Under the pieces are notes generated by a model that was not told where the DNA came from, did not search any database, and was given only the letters and a program-made list of their open reading frames with translations. A DNA stretch of 64,000 nt from Armatimonadota bacterium (GTDB lineage: Bacteria; Armatimonadota; Hebobacteria; CAIYQO01): NCBI GenBank assembly GCA_038248345.1, contig JBBRXO010000001.1, forward strand, positions 32,001 through 96,000, in the 5' to 3' direction. The position numbers and the translations under genes are program-made. Below are positions 48,905 through 59,194 of the stretch, one piece after another. The number at the start of each line of letters is the position of its first letter. Positions within the stretch are counted from its first letter, which is position 1.

Positions 48905-49063
48905 GAACCATGATTCGCCTGATTAGCGGATTGGCATGAAGATCATGCCTCTGCTATTGAATAGCGCATCGTTGAGTGTAGGAAAAACCATTACTGCTGA
49001 GGCCATCCAATGGTGATGACAAATAGCACAGCAATAATCCTTTAATCGGGCGAATCAAGGTTC
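48905..49063. repeat. 28-bp imperfect inverted repeat pair with a non-coding spacer
   Basis: GAACCATGATTCGCCTGATTAGCGGATT (48905-48932) vs the reverse complement of 49036-49063, GAACCTTGATTCGCCCGATTAAAGGATT (24/28 match). Confidence 0.6.
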
Positions 49064-49232
49064 AGGCAAAATGAACCGCTTCCCCTTTCTGTGTCCTCTG
49101 TGCCTCTGTGTTGAATAATAATCACATTCAACCAACATCTAGCAGGAATCTCCCTCCCGCTGTCGTAATTATAGAGTTATAAGCATTTTAACCGGGGAAA
49201 ACAGCCGGTAAATAAACATTCGGGAGGATATT

Positions 49233-50729
49233 ATGCGTACTACCCCTATCGGCATCGCCATGCTCAATGACGAACGCCCGCACGTGTTCAAAATCAACAA
49301 CGAAGCCAACATGGTTGTCGTTAACAAGTGGGCGGATATTATCCGCGCCAATGTGAAGAACATTGACGGCAGCGCGCCGGAGATCATCATCGGCTCGCAG
49401 ACCATCAACAACCCCATCGCCGCGCAGAAGGTGGGCGAGGAGCTGGTGCGCGCCGGTTGCCGCTCTATCATCATGTGCTACAACGTGTGGGATTACCCCT
49501 ACCTGGCGTGGCCCTTCATCAACACCGTGGGCAAGGACAAGCCCATCCTCTCGCTCTCCAACAACAACGGCGAGTTCCCCGGCAATGTCGGCCTGCTCGC
49601 CTCGGACGGCGCATTGCGCCAAGGTGGCGTGAAGACGCACCGCATCGTCGGTGACATGGATGACCCCGGTACCCTGTCTGAAGTCTTCGACTGGGTACGC
49701 GCCGCACAGGCCGTCACCTGTATGAAGAACGAGGTCTACGGCTCCTACGGCGCGCACAGCATGGGCATGGAGACGGGGTACTTCAACCTCTCCGGCACCC
49801 AGAAAGTCCTTGGCACCACCCTCTACAGCATCGACCAGTATCAACTGGTACTGATGGCCGAAGCTATGCCCGCAGCGGAAGTCAAAAAAGGTATGGACTG
49901 GCTCAAAGAGATGCTGGGTGACCGCATCCTCTGGGACGGCGATGTCCTCACCGAGGAAACGTTGGGGCGCCAAATCCGCATCTACCTGGCCATGAAGCAG
50001 CTCAATGAAGAGTACGGTTTCGGTTCCTGCGGCCTCAAAGGCCAGCGCGAACTCACCGAGAACTACACCCTCGGCGACATTCCCGAGATGTTGATGAACG
50101 ACCCCTACGACTGGTTCGGTCCGAAAGAGCCTATGGTCTGCGCCACCGAAGCTGACGCCAACGCCGCCCTTACCATGCAAATGCTCAAATATGTCACCGG
50201 CGGACTCCCCGGCCTCTTCATGGACGTACGTCTCTATCTGCCGGAACTTGGCATATGGGACTTCTGCAACTCCGGCAATCATGCCTCGTGGTACGCTGAG
50301 CGCAGCTTCGATCCGAAGGAGAACTTCAAGAAGATTACCTTCCACCCGGCGCTGAAATATTACTTTAAAGCTGGCGGCGCTTCCATGTCCTTCGACGCCA
50401 AGCCCGGCCAGATGACCTTCGCCCGGCTGGGTTTCTACGACGAGAAGCCATTCATGTATATCACGCTGGGCGACGTCATGGAACTGCCCGCCGAGAAGCG
50501 CGCCGAAATCAACGCCAGCACCAACCCAACCTGGCCGCATGTACATGCCAAGCTGGGCGGCACCATCGACGATTTCATCACCCTCTTCCCAGCCAACCAC
50601 ATCCAGGCCGCCCCCGGTGACCTGGTGCGCCCGCTGACGCAAATCTGCGAGATCACCGGCATCACCCCCATAATCGTCGGCGAAGGCGCTGACAAACGCA
50701 TCGCCCCGATCTGGGAACGGGTGAAATAG
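49233..50729 (+). CDS. L-fucose/L-arabinose isomerase family protein (FucI-like)
   Basis: SMGMETG, KGQRELTE, EMLMNDPYDW, ATEAD, CNSG, TFARL, PTWPH and ANHI motifs; GGGAGG RBS. Confidence 0.8.
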   Translation: MRTTPIGIAMLNDERPHVFKINNEANMVVVNKWADIIRANVKNIDGSAPEIIIGSQTINNPIAAQKVGEELVRAGCRSIIMCYNVWDYPYLAWPFINTVGKDKPILSLSNNNGEFPGNVGLLASDGALRQGGVKTHRIVGDMDDPGTLSEVFDWVRAAQAVTCMKNEVYGSYGAHSMGMETGYFNLSGTQKVLGTTLYSIDQYQLVLMAEAMPAAEVKKGMDWLKEMLGDRILWDGDVLTEETLGRQIRIYLAMKQLNEEYGFGSCGLKGQRELTENYTLGDIPEMLMNDPYDWFGPKEPMVCATEADANAALTMQMLKYVTGGLPGLFMDVRLYLPELGIWDFCNSGNHASWYAERSFDPKENFKKITFHPALKYYFKAGGASMSFDAKPGQMTFARLGFYDEKPFMYITLGDVMELPAEKRAEINASTNPTWPHVHAKLGGTIDDFITLFPANHIQAAPGDLVRPLTQICEITGITPIIVGEGADKRIAPIWERVK

Positions 50730-50781
50730 ACCTAACCCCCATCCCCTTCCCGGCGCGGGAAGGGGTGCCGGGGGGTTAGGT
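50730..50781. repeat. 52-bp GC-rich palindromic element after the fucI-like gene
   Basis: ACCTAACCCCC..CCCCTTCCC-g...-GGGAAGGGG..GGGGGTTAGGT. Confidence 0.65.
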
Positions 50782-50825
50782 AATCTTCCGGCATACGTCC
50801 TACATTGAACATTGAACGTTAAACA

Positions 50826-52016
50826 TTGAACAATAACACCCCCGACACCCCCCCATACGGCGAAACCACCCGCGCTATCCACGCGGGGCAGGAGCCTGAC
50901 GCTGCCTTTGGTGCGCTGGCCACGCCTATTTATCAGACGGCATCCTTCGCCTATGACTCGGTGGAGCAGGCCATCGCCCGCTCGGTGCATCTGGAGGAGG
51001 GTTACAACTACACGCGCGTGGCCAACCCCACTATCGATGCACTGGAGCATAAACTGGCCGACCTTGATGGCGCCGAGGAATGTATCGCCTTTGCCAGCGG
51101 CATGGGAGCAATTGCCGGGACCTTCCTGGGCTTATGCGGCTCCGGCGATCATGTTATCTGCGGAGTAAATATCTACGGGGCGACACAAGGGCTGCTCACC
51201 ACCGTACTACAACGTTGGAACCTGCAGGTTACCTTTGTCGATGCGCGCGAACCGAGTAATATCGCCCGCGCCATCGGCCCGGATACCCGCCTCATCTACC
51301 TGGAAAGCCCCTCCAATCCCAGCCTGCAACTGGTAGACCTGGTGGCGGTGGCGCAACTCGCGCACGACCGCGGCATCATCAGCGTCATCGACAACACCTT
51401 CGCCGGGTCATCAAATCAGCAACCCCTCAAGCACGGCATTGATGTCGTCATCTACAGTGCCACCAAGTATATCAGCGGGCACGGCGACACCCTCGGCGGG
51501 GCGGTGCTGGGCAATGCACACCAGCTGCGGCGCATCCGCCAGGCGCAGATTCTGGTCGGCGCTACCATCAGCCCTTTTAACGCCTTCCTCTTATTACGGG
51601 GGCTGCAGACGCTGCCATTACGCATGCGCCAGCATAATGCCAACGCCATGGCTGTGGCGCGCTGGCTGCAGGCGAACCCGGCTGTGCCCGAGACCATCTA
51701 CCCGGGATTAGAGAGCCACCCGCAGCACGAGCTGGCGAAGACGCAGATGTCCGGCTTTGGCGGCGTAGTCTGCTTTGATATGGGCAATGATGACGCCGCC
51801 CGCGCCGTGCAGAACGCCACCAAACTCATCACCATCGCCAGCAGCCTAGGCGATGTAAAGTCGCTCATCTCGCAGCCAGTCCACTTAAGCCACCGTTACC
51901 TTACTCCCGAAGAGCGCAAATTCGCCGGCGTCACCCCTGGATTGGTACGTCTCTCCGTTGGGCTGGAGGATGTGGAGGATATCATTGCTGATCTGGATGG
52001 GGCGATAGGTTCCTAG
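50826..52016 (+). CDS. PLP-dependent Cys/Met metabolism enzyme (methionine gamma-lyase / cystathionine gamma-synthase family)
   Basis: TRAIHAG, YTRVANPT, FASGMGAI, ESPSNP, DNTFA, SATK (PLP Lys) and RLSVGLE motifs; TTG start. Confidence 0.9.
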   Translation: MNNNTPDTPPYGETTRAIHAGQEPDAAFGALATPIYQTASFAYDSVEQAIARSVHLEEGYNYTRVANPTIDALEHKLADLDGAEECIAFASGMGAIAGTFLGLCGSGDHVICGVNIYGATQGLLTTVLQRWNLQVTFVDAREPSNIARAIGPDTRLIYLESPSNPSLQLVDLVAVAQLAHDRGIISVIDNTFAGSSNQQPLKHGIDVVIYSATKYISGHGDTLGGAVLGNAHQLRRIRQAQILVGATISPFNAFLLLRGLQTLPLRMRQHNANAMAVARWLQANPAVPETIYPGLESHPQHELAKTQMSGFGGVVCFDMGNDDAARAVQNATKLITIASSLGDVKSLISQPVHLSHRYLTPEERKFAGVTPGLVRLSVGLEDVEDIIADLDGAIGS

Positions 52017-52061
52017 TTCCTAGTATATTTCTAAGTCGAAGGCAAGGAAAGGATTTATCTC

Positions 52062-52796
52062 ATGGATCACTTCGCCCAACTAGCGGCAACATACGACATA
52101 CTCATCGACTGGCCCACCCGGCTGGCGCGGGAGCGTCCATTTTTCGCCGGGCTTATCGACGGCAGGGACAAAGTGCTGGATGTCGGCTGCGGCACCGGGC
52201 ACCATTGCCGCATGTTCACCGAGTTGGGCGCAGAAACGCTGGGAATTGACCCCAGTGCCCCGATGCTGGAGCAAGCGCACGCTCTCACCAGCCGGGATAA
52301 TCCGCGCTTTCAGGCAGGTGGGCTAGGCGATATCGCTCTGCTGGGCGAAAAGTTTGATCTCATCACCATCATCGGCAATACCCTCTCCTACGTCAGCGCG
52401 GCCGCCATGCTGGTACGCACATTACGCAGTGGATTTAAAACGCTCGCTCCCGGTGGGTGCCTAGTGACACAGACCATCAACTATGACCGGCTACTACTGG
52501 AAGGCAACCTACGCTTCCCCCTCATCGCCCGCCAACACGAAGGGGCGGACTACCTCTACCTGCGCGAATACCGCCTGCTAAAAAAACGTGCCGAATTCAC
52601 CGTCCAACGCCTGAACAACGCCAGCGGCTGGAGCTACGAACTAGAACGCAGCACCCACTACCCCATCAGGAGCACCCGCCTGGCTACAATGGCCCTGCGT
52701 GCAGGATTCAGTAAGGTTAATATCTATGGCGATTATGAACGGGGGGAGTTTAAGGCGGAGAGTTCCGGGAGTATTATTATGGTGGCGGCGAAGTAG
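52062..52796 (+). CDS. Class I SAM-dependent methyltransferase
   Basis: VLDVGCGTG, GIDPS, FDLI, GNTL and LAPGG motifs. Confidence 0.85.
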   Translation: MDHFAQLAATYDILIDWPTRLARERPFFAGLIDGRDKVLDVGCGTGHHCRMFTELGAETLGIDPSAPMLEQAHALTSRDNPRFQAGGLGDIALLGEKFDLITIIGNTLSYVSAAAMLVRTLRSGFKTLAPGGCLVTQTINYDRLLLEGNLRFPLIARQHEGADYLYLREYRLLKKRAEFTVQRLNNASGWSYELERSTHYPIRSTRLATMALRAGFSKVNIYGDYERGEFKAESSGSIIMVAAK

Positions 52797-52941
52797 GTTA
52801 TCAGAAAGTACTCCCTAACCCACCGAGCTGGTGCCAAATTTAATACGCGCTGATGCGGGTAAATACCATTCAATATTGCCCTGAAGGGCAATTACCCCCA
52901 AACCGTTTATGTTACAAACGATCTGGGGGTTAGGTATACTT

Positions 52942-55083
52942 TCAGCATCCCCCGCTATCATCCCCGTTGCTCAGCTCATCCTGCGATGTCGGGGTTGTTC
53001 TACCTGGCTGCAGCATAAAGCTCTTCGTCCAGTCGGGCATCGCCGGGGCGGTGCCTTTCAGCAGCATCTCCTGCCACGCTTCGTCGGTAAGGCGGTTTTC
53101 GCTGGGTTGCTGGAATTCATAGTAGCTGAAGGTCGCGCCGCGGGTGAGCACCAGTTTACCGCGGAAGGGTACCACCACCCATATCTCCGCCGCTTTTCCT
53201 ACGCCTTCTTCCAACACCTCGTCATTATATGTATGTACATCAGCGACCAGCGCCATGTTGCGGTCGGTGTTATTGGTAATATCCCACCATCCTGTATTGC
53301 CAGTGGTACCACTGGCAATCTGTATAATGGTAAGGGTCAGTGATTCCATGGTGCCGCCGTAGCGTTCCAGTTGCCGAAGTTCATCAGCCGACAAATCTTC
53401 GTTACGCAGTTCTTTACGCGAGGCCACAGCGAGGAAATCTACCAGATCGGTGAATGTATTGAATTGTTCTGCCAGCTGCCCGCCATCTTCGACGAGTTGC
53501 CGGGAAACTAATCCCTCTTTATTGTATTTCAGCAACCAGGAGAGCCGCTCATATAGTTCCACCTGCGGTTCTACATATCCCGGACGCGGTGGCGGTGGGG
53601 TATCTTCACCATCGCCACATTCCGCTACTACGCTTTGTTTGGCATAAAGGAGGGTATCGTGGCGCAATTCAGTCCAGCTCCCCAGGAAGGTGACCAGCGA
53701 TTTATCCTGCCACGCCTGGTTGCGCATGAAGGACGGGTAGCCATCCCCCACCGGCGTGTTCAGCGGTTGCAGGCAGTACATCCAGCCGTAGTAGAGGTTC
53801 TGCTTCCAGTCATCCAGCGTGAGGGCGGCTACTTCTTTTTGTAGCTTGGCGCGTTGTTTGAGGTAATTCTCATATTTTGGCTGTTGGTAGGTGTTATCCA
53901 GCAGATCCGCTGCACGGGTGTTGCCCAGCACCGCTGGGACATCCAGCCCCATCGGGAAGCCGCGTTTAACATCCTCAGTCCCCACTTTGGGGTGTACCAG
54001 CTCCTGCAGATAGCGGGAGTCGGGGATAAAACGTTGCCCCATGAAGCGGAACTGCTGCCCCTGCACGCCGCCTTCCAGCCAGTTGTAGTTGGCGATGCCC
54101 GGCCCGGCGACCTCCGCTTGCACCAGCTTGCGGAATTCGTCAATTTTGGCGGCATCATCAAAGCGGCTGAATTCACCCGCGCCGAACTTCTTCGTAATGA
54201 GCGGCAACAACTGTGTGTAGGCGATGTCGTCGGCTTTGCCCACGTAGAAAACGGTGGGGTCATAGAGTCGCGCCCACAGGAAGGCGGCGTTGCCATTATA
54301 ATCCAGTTGCTGGCTGATTGTGAGCGCCTGCAACACCGGCATCATGTTCTCTTCGACCGTTGCCTTGGGATCGGGGCGCATATTCATCGGCACCAGCCCG
54401 TACCACATCATCTGCTTGAAGTAGAGTTTGAAGTCCTCCGAACGGGTGTAATGTCCGCGTGGGACGAACTGGCTGTAATCCACCTGCGCTCCGGTGAGAC
54501 CTGGCCCCCAGGTATTATGCGCCTCGATGCGGGCGATCTCTCTGGCGGCCAACGCACTCACTTCATCGGGCAACTCTGGTTTCATCCCGGCGAGCAATAG
54601 CGGCACAGCGAAATAGGCGCTATTGCGGGTGAACGCCGTCTTCAGGCGCGCATTTTTCTCGTTGCTTAGTGCCCACAGGTTCTCCGCCAGCATGATTTTG
54701 CTCAGCTCCTTCACCGCCCGCATCAGCTTCTCTTTTTCCAGATAACGCAGTGTGAAGTCGTAGAAAACATGGTAGGTGTGCAGCACCGAGTCGGTGGTGA
54801 CGAAGGTGGGGATCTTCTGGTAGGCGTTGTTCTCGTAGACGTAGAACAACTGCTCGTCCACCGTGGGGCGCGCTAGAAAGCCATTCCCGCTGAGGAGTTT
54901 TTGCTGCTCAGCGGTGAGTTTCGGCAGAATTTTAGCGTTCTCCACATTACCCAAATCCGCTTTCACGGTATAAGGTGCCACCTTCGCCTCGACGGGCACC
55001 GGTTTGTACACCGAGGTGCCGAAATTCTGCCCCATTGCCACCACCGCACCCACCAGTGCGCAAATAATTACTACCACTCGCAT
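52942..55083 (-). CDS. DUF3160 domain exported protein
   Basis: FVTTDSVLH, DYSQFVPRGHYT, FMGQRF, WTELRHDTLLYAKQ, GYVEP, ADVHT and SYYEF motifs. Confidence 0.85.
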   Translation of the reverse strand: MRVVVIICALVGAVVAMGQNFGTSVYKPVPVEAKVAPYTVKADLGNVENAKILPKLTAEQQKLLSGNGFLARPTVDEQLFYVYENNAYQKIPTFVTTDSVLHTYHVFYDFTLRYLEKEKLMRAVKELSKIMLAENLWALSNEKNARLKTAFTRNSAYFAVPLLLAGMKPELPDEVSALAAREIARIEAHNTWGPGLTGAQVDYSQFVPRGHYTRSEDFKLYFKQMMWYGLVPMNMRPDPKATVEENMMPVLQALTISQQLDYNGNAAFLWARLYDPTVFYVGKADDIAYTQLLPLITKKFGAGEFSRFDDAAKIDEFRKLVQAEVAGPGIANYNWLEGGVQGQQFRFMGQRFIPDSRYLQELVHPKVGTEDVKRGFPMGLDVPAVLGNTRAADLLDNTYQQPKYENYLKQRAKLQKEVAALTLDDWKQNLYYGWMYCLQPLNTPVGDGYPSFMRNQAWQDKSLVTFLGSWTELRHDTLLYAKQSVVAECGDGEDTPPPPRPGYVEPQVELYERLSWLLKYNKEGLVSRQLVEDGGQLAEQFNTFTDLVDFLAVASRKELRNEDLSADELRQLERYGGTMESLTLTIIQIASGTTGNTGWWDITNNTDRNMALVADVHTYNDEVLEEGVGKAAEIWVVVPFRGKLVLTRGATFSYYEFQQPSENRLTDEAWQEMLLKGTAPAMPDWTKSFMLQPGRTTPTSQDELSNGDDSGGC

Positions 55084-55085
55084 GA

Positions 55086-56132
55086 TCAGTCTCCTTTTTT
55101 CTTTTCAACAACGTCTGGCAATGAAATGCTATGCCAGCCCCCCGTCCACCACCCGGCCAGATGGGTATCATCCAAGCGGGTCAGCTCATCCAATGACGGC
55201 GGGGCCTCCGCCAACGTCGTCAAGTGGTAGTTGTCTCCATCGATATTCAAGCGCCAGGCAAGTGCTTTGCCGGTAGTGTCATGACCGAAAAGAAGCACCA
55301 GCGAATCAAAGGCAGTGATTGCCACCATTCCCGCCACGCTCTCGGTAGTCCAGTCGCGCACGTAGCCGAACTGTGCCGGGGTGTAGCAACTCAGGCCGTT
55401 GCCGCCGTCGGCGGTCACCTCCAGCGCCACCATGCACCAGTTGCCGTCCATACGCTGGTCGCAATGCACGACATCAAGGTAGGGACGTGATAAACGTGAA
55501 CCCAGCCAGCGTTTCTCAACGACGCCATTTTTCCACGCATAAAGGAACATGCAATTGTGTGCAAAATTGGCGAAGGCCGTACTTTTATAGGTGGCAACCG
55601 CCAGCCGCTCCTCCCCCGGCACCGCCGCCCACCAGAGTTTCCATGGACGGTAGGCCGCTGGGATATCCACAACCACTGCACAAGTGAATTCATGCTCCCA
55701 GTTCGCCTGGTAGAGAACGCCATTTACCGGTACAGGAGTCCCGGGATCGCCGGTGAGCGCCACCGCCGCTGCTTTCCCACCACGAGCAGGTAGAAGCTGC
55801 AAAATAGGTGCCGGGAAATCCCCAATTTTAAGCAGCGTATTGCTGGTGAGATCAAAGCGGAAAAGCTGCTTCCCCTGTGCAACCAACAATGCAGCGCCAT
55901 CGAAAAAACTTCCCGCTTTGACTAGTGAGTCTTTTGCGACAGGAAGTGTAATTAAATCGGTAAATGCTCCGTCCTTCACCGACGCCAGCCGCAGCATATC
56001 GCTATCATGGGCTGCGATGAGGGTAATATCATGCTCCTGCCAAACGACAACATGAGACGCACCGGCAACAAATACTTGCAGGCCAAATAGTAGCATCATA
56101 CTTACGAGAAGAACATGGAAGCCAGCACGCAT
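55086..56132 (-). CDS. Exported hypothetical protein, operonic with the DUF3160 gene
   Basis: Signal peptide; WLGSRLSRP motif; ends 2 bp before the DUF3160 start. Confidence 0.65.
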   Translation of the reverse strand: MRAGFHVLLVSMMLLFGLQVFVAGASHVVVWQEHDITLIAAHDSDMLRLASVKDGAFTDLITLPVAKDSLVKAGSFFDGAALLVAQGKQLFRFDLTSNTLLKIGDFPAPILQLLPARGGKAAAVALTGDPGTPVPVNGVLYQANWEHEFTCAVVVDIPAAYRPWKLWWAAVPGEERLAVATYKSTAFANFAHNCMFLYAWKNGVVEKRWLGSRLSRPYLDVVHCDQRMDGNWCMVALEVTADGGNGLSCYTPAQFGYVRDWTTESVAGMVAITAFDSLVLLFGHDTTGKALAWRLNIDGDNYHLTTLAEAPPSLDELTRLDDTHLAGWWTGGWHSISLPDVVEKKKGD

Positions 56133-56316
56133 AATACGAGCCTTTCATCACCATGAATTTACATACAATTATAGCATAATGCGGTATAGATTATGGGGTG
56201 ATTGTTGAGTTATTACGACAATGTAGGATTCCCTTTGTGAGAAAATGATTTTCCTCGGACCGCTTGTTGGTGGGGCAGGCCAATGCGGAGATTGACGTTC
56301 CCAGGGGAACCTTACC

Positions 56317-58950
56317 CTATTTCCTCCCCCGTGCCTTCTTCTGCAGCTGCGCCAGCATATCCAGCGCTTGCCGCGGGCTGAGGTCATCTACATCCAGGTC
56401 CTTAAGCTCTGCTACCACCGGGTGTTCCGACACCTCGAAGAGGGTTAGTTGTGTTTTGGGCATGGGGGGAGGGATGGTGGCGTGTTTGGTCTCTAGGCCG
56501 CGCGCGCTTTCGGCTAGCTGGTCGTTTTCTTCCAGCGAGTGCAGCACTTGCTGGGCGCGTTCCAGCACTGGTTGCGGCAGGCCGGCGAGCTTGGCGACGT
56601 GGATGCCGTAGCTGCGGTCGGTGCCGCCGGGGACTATTTTGCGCAGGAAGACGATATTGTCGGCACTCTCCTTGACGGCAATACGGTAGTTGCGCGCGCG
56701 CGGGAGGGTGTTTTCCAGCTCATTTAACTGATGATAATGGGTGGCAAAGAGCGTCTTGCAGCCCAGCCGGGGTGACTCATGCAGGTACTCCGCCACTGCC
56801 CAGGCGAGGGAGAGGCCGTCGAAAGTGCTGGTTCCACGGCCGATCTCATCTAGCACCACCAGGCTCTGCCGGGTGGCGTTGTTGAGGATATTCGCCGTCT
56901 CGGTCATCTCCACCATGAAGGTGGACTGCCCGGTAGCCAGGTCGTCGCTGGCCCCCACACGGGTGAAAATCCGATCCACCAGCCCGATGACCGCCTCATC
57001 AGCCGGCACAAAACTGCCCACCTGCGCCAGCAGCGTGATGAGCGCCACCTGCCGCAAATAGGTGGACTTGCCCGCCATGTTCGGCCCAGTAAGGATGATC
57101 AGCTGTTCATTCTCGGTGTCCAGTTGCACATCATTAGGCACAAAACGCTCGCCCGCCATGGTCAGCTCCACCACCGGGTGGCGGCCATTAGTGATATTCA
57201 GCGACTCATCTGTCGTCACGGTGGGACGGGTATAACGGCGGCGGGCGGCCACCTCGGCAAAGTTGCCCAGCACGTCGATCTGCGCCACCAGCCGCGCCAG
57301 CCCCTGCACCCGCGTCGCCTCCGCCGCCACCGTCTCGCGCAGTGCCGTGTAGATGTTAAACTCCAGCGTCTTCAGCTTATCTTCCGCGCCCAGCACCAGC
57401 GCCTCATACTCTTTCAACGCTGGGGTGATGAAACGCTCCGCGTTGGCCAGTGTCTGCTTACGGATGTAGTCCGCCGGGGCCAGGTCAATATTGGTGCGGC
57501 TCAGTTCGATATAATAGCCAAAGACGCTGTTGTAGCCCACCTTCAGCGTCCTGATGCCGGTGCGCTCGCGCTCGCTGGCCTCCAGTTGCGCGATCCAACC
57601 TTTGCCTTCGGTGGCGGCGGAGCGCAACTTGTCCAGTTCGGCGTTGAAGCCCTTGAGGATCATGCCACCCTCGCGCACCGATACCGGCGGGGCCTCCACC
57701 AGCGCGGCGGTCAGCTTTTCGCGCAGGTCATGCAGCTCATCCGCCCCCTCCACCATAATCTGCAACGCTGGGGCGGCGCCCGCCAATAGCGCTAGCAGAC
57801 GTGGCACGACGGTGAGCGAGTCACGAAGTTGTGCCAGATCACGTGCGCTGCCGGTGCCAGTGGCAGCACGGCTAAGCAGCCGTTCCAGATCGTGAATGTT
57901 ACGCAACTCCGCCCGCACGTTGTCGCGTAGCACGTCATCGGTGCGGAAGGCGGAGACGATCTCCAAGCGCTTGTTGATATCATCAACGGAGAGCAATGGC
58001 GCAAGCAGCCACTTCTTCAACAGCCGTGCTCCCAGCGATGTACACGTCTCGTCCAGCACCCAGAGTAGCGAGTTGGCGCGCGCGCCATCGCGCAATGAGG
58101 CCACCAGCTCCAGATTGCGCCGGGTACTAGCATCGAGGAGCATCAGCTCATCAAGTGAGTAAGTGGTAATGCCGCGGATCTGCCCGACGGTGGTCTTCTG
58201 TGTCTGTTGCAGGTAGCGTAATAATAACCCGGCAGCCTCCACCGCCAGCGGTTTATCATCACAGCCGAAGCCGCGCAGCGAGGTGACGCCGAAATGTTTG
58301 GTGAGGGTCTCGGTGGCGCTCTCCCACGCATAGTCGCTCATATCCGGGGAGTTCACCGAGGCGCTGGAGCGTGCGCGCAGCTCCGCCATCAACTCTTCAT
58401 CCTCGGTGAATTCTATGGGGAGGAGAATCTCCGACGGCTGCAGGCGCGACACTTCCTCTAGCATCATCTCCCGCGCGCGCTCCCCGCTCACCTCGGTGAT
58501 GGAGAACTCGCCAGTGGAGCAGTCTGCCACTGCGATACCATAACCACGGGCGGTATGCAGCGCCAGCAAGAAATTGTTGGAACGCTCATCCAGCAGGTAA
58601 TCCTCCGTCACTGTGCCCGGCGTTATGATACGCGTCACGTCGCGCTTCACCAGCCCCTTGGTCAGCTTGGGGTCTTCCATCTGTTCGGCGATAGCTGCCT
58701 TATGACCAGCCGCGAGCAGGCGCGCCAGATAGCGGTCGATGGCATGGAAGGGGACGCCCGCCATGGGCATCTTCTGCCCGCGGACATCGCGTGCGGTGAG
58801 AGCGATCTCCATCGCTTTCGACCCAATAACGGCATCCTCGCCGTATAATTCATAAAAATCGCCACAGCGAATCAGCAGCAACACATCCGGGTATTGCCGT
58901 TTCATCTCCTGATATTGCCGGAACATCGGGGTCAAGCCGTCATTTATCAC
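56317..58950 (-). CDS. mutS: DNA mismatch repair protein MutS
   Basis: TPMFRQY, GDFYE, GRHPVVE, TGPNMAGKST, DEIGRGT, FATHY and SYGIHVA motifs; probable GTG start after GAGGAGG. Confidence 0.97.
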   Translation of the reverse strand: MINDGLTPMFRQYQEMKRQYPDVLLLIRCGDFYELYGEDAVIGSKAMEIALTARDVRGQKMPMAGVPFHAIDRYLARLLAAGHKAAIAEQMEDPKLTKGLVKRDVTRIITPGTVTEDYLLDERSNNFLLALHTARGYGIAVADCSTGEFSITEVSGERAREMMLEEVSRLQPSEILLPIEFTEDEELMAELRARSSASVNSPDMSDYAWESATETLTKHFGVTSLRGFGCDDKPLAVEAAGLLLRYLQQTQKTTVGQIRGITTYSLDELMLLDASTRRNLELVASLRDGARANSLLWVLDETCTSLGARLLKKWLLAPLLSVDDINKRLEIVSAFRTDDVLRDNVRAELRNIHDLERLLSRAATGTGSARDLAQLRDSLTVVPRLLALLAGAAPALQIMVEGADELHDLREKLTAALVEAPPVSVREGGMILKGFNAELDKLRSAATEGKGWIAQLEASERERTGIRTLKVGYNSVFGYYIELSRTNIDLAPADYIRKQTLANAERFITPALKEYEALVLGAEDKLKTLEFNIYTALRETVAAEATRVQGLARLVAQIDVLGNFAEVAARRRYTRPTVTTDESLNITNGRHPVVELTMAGERFVPNDVQLDTENEQLIILTGPNMAGKSTYLRQVALITLLAQVGSFVPADEAVIGLVDRIFTRVGASDDLATGQSTFMVEMTETANILNNATRQSLVVLDEIGRGTSTFDGLSLAWAVAEYLHESPRLGCKTLFATHYHQLNELENTLPRARNYRIAVKESADNIVFLRKIVPGGTDRSYGIHVAKLAGLPQPVLERAQQVLHSLEENDQLAESARGLETKHATIPPPMPKTQLTLFEVSEHPVVAELKDLDVDDLSPRQALDMLAQLQKKARGRK

Positions 58951-59194
58951 CAGTGAAGTTTCCTCCTCGCTTATTGTAGGGTAAGCAGGCAAGCACGTCA
59001 AAGGAAAAGTCAGTCTTTGAGGCCGCCTGATGATTGAAATAGTGAGATATCGGGTATAAGATTGATAATTGTAGAATGATATTTAGAATAATCTTGACAT
59101 CTGATTTACAAGACTATTACAGTCATTGCAGTTATGAGCAATCATTTCTCTTGGTGTAGTAGTAGTAGTAATTCCAGTTCATCTGGAGGTCTAT

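Noticed and set aside
49188..51050. 620-aa ORF on the minus strand
   Set aside because: Antisense shadow of the strongly codon-biased fucI-like gene and the PLP enzyme gene; no recognisable motifs.
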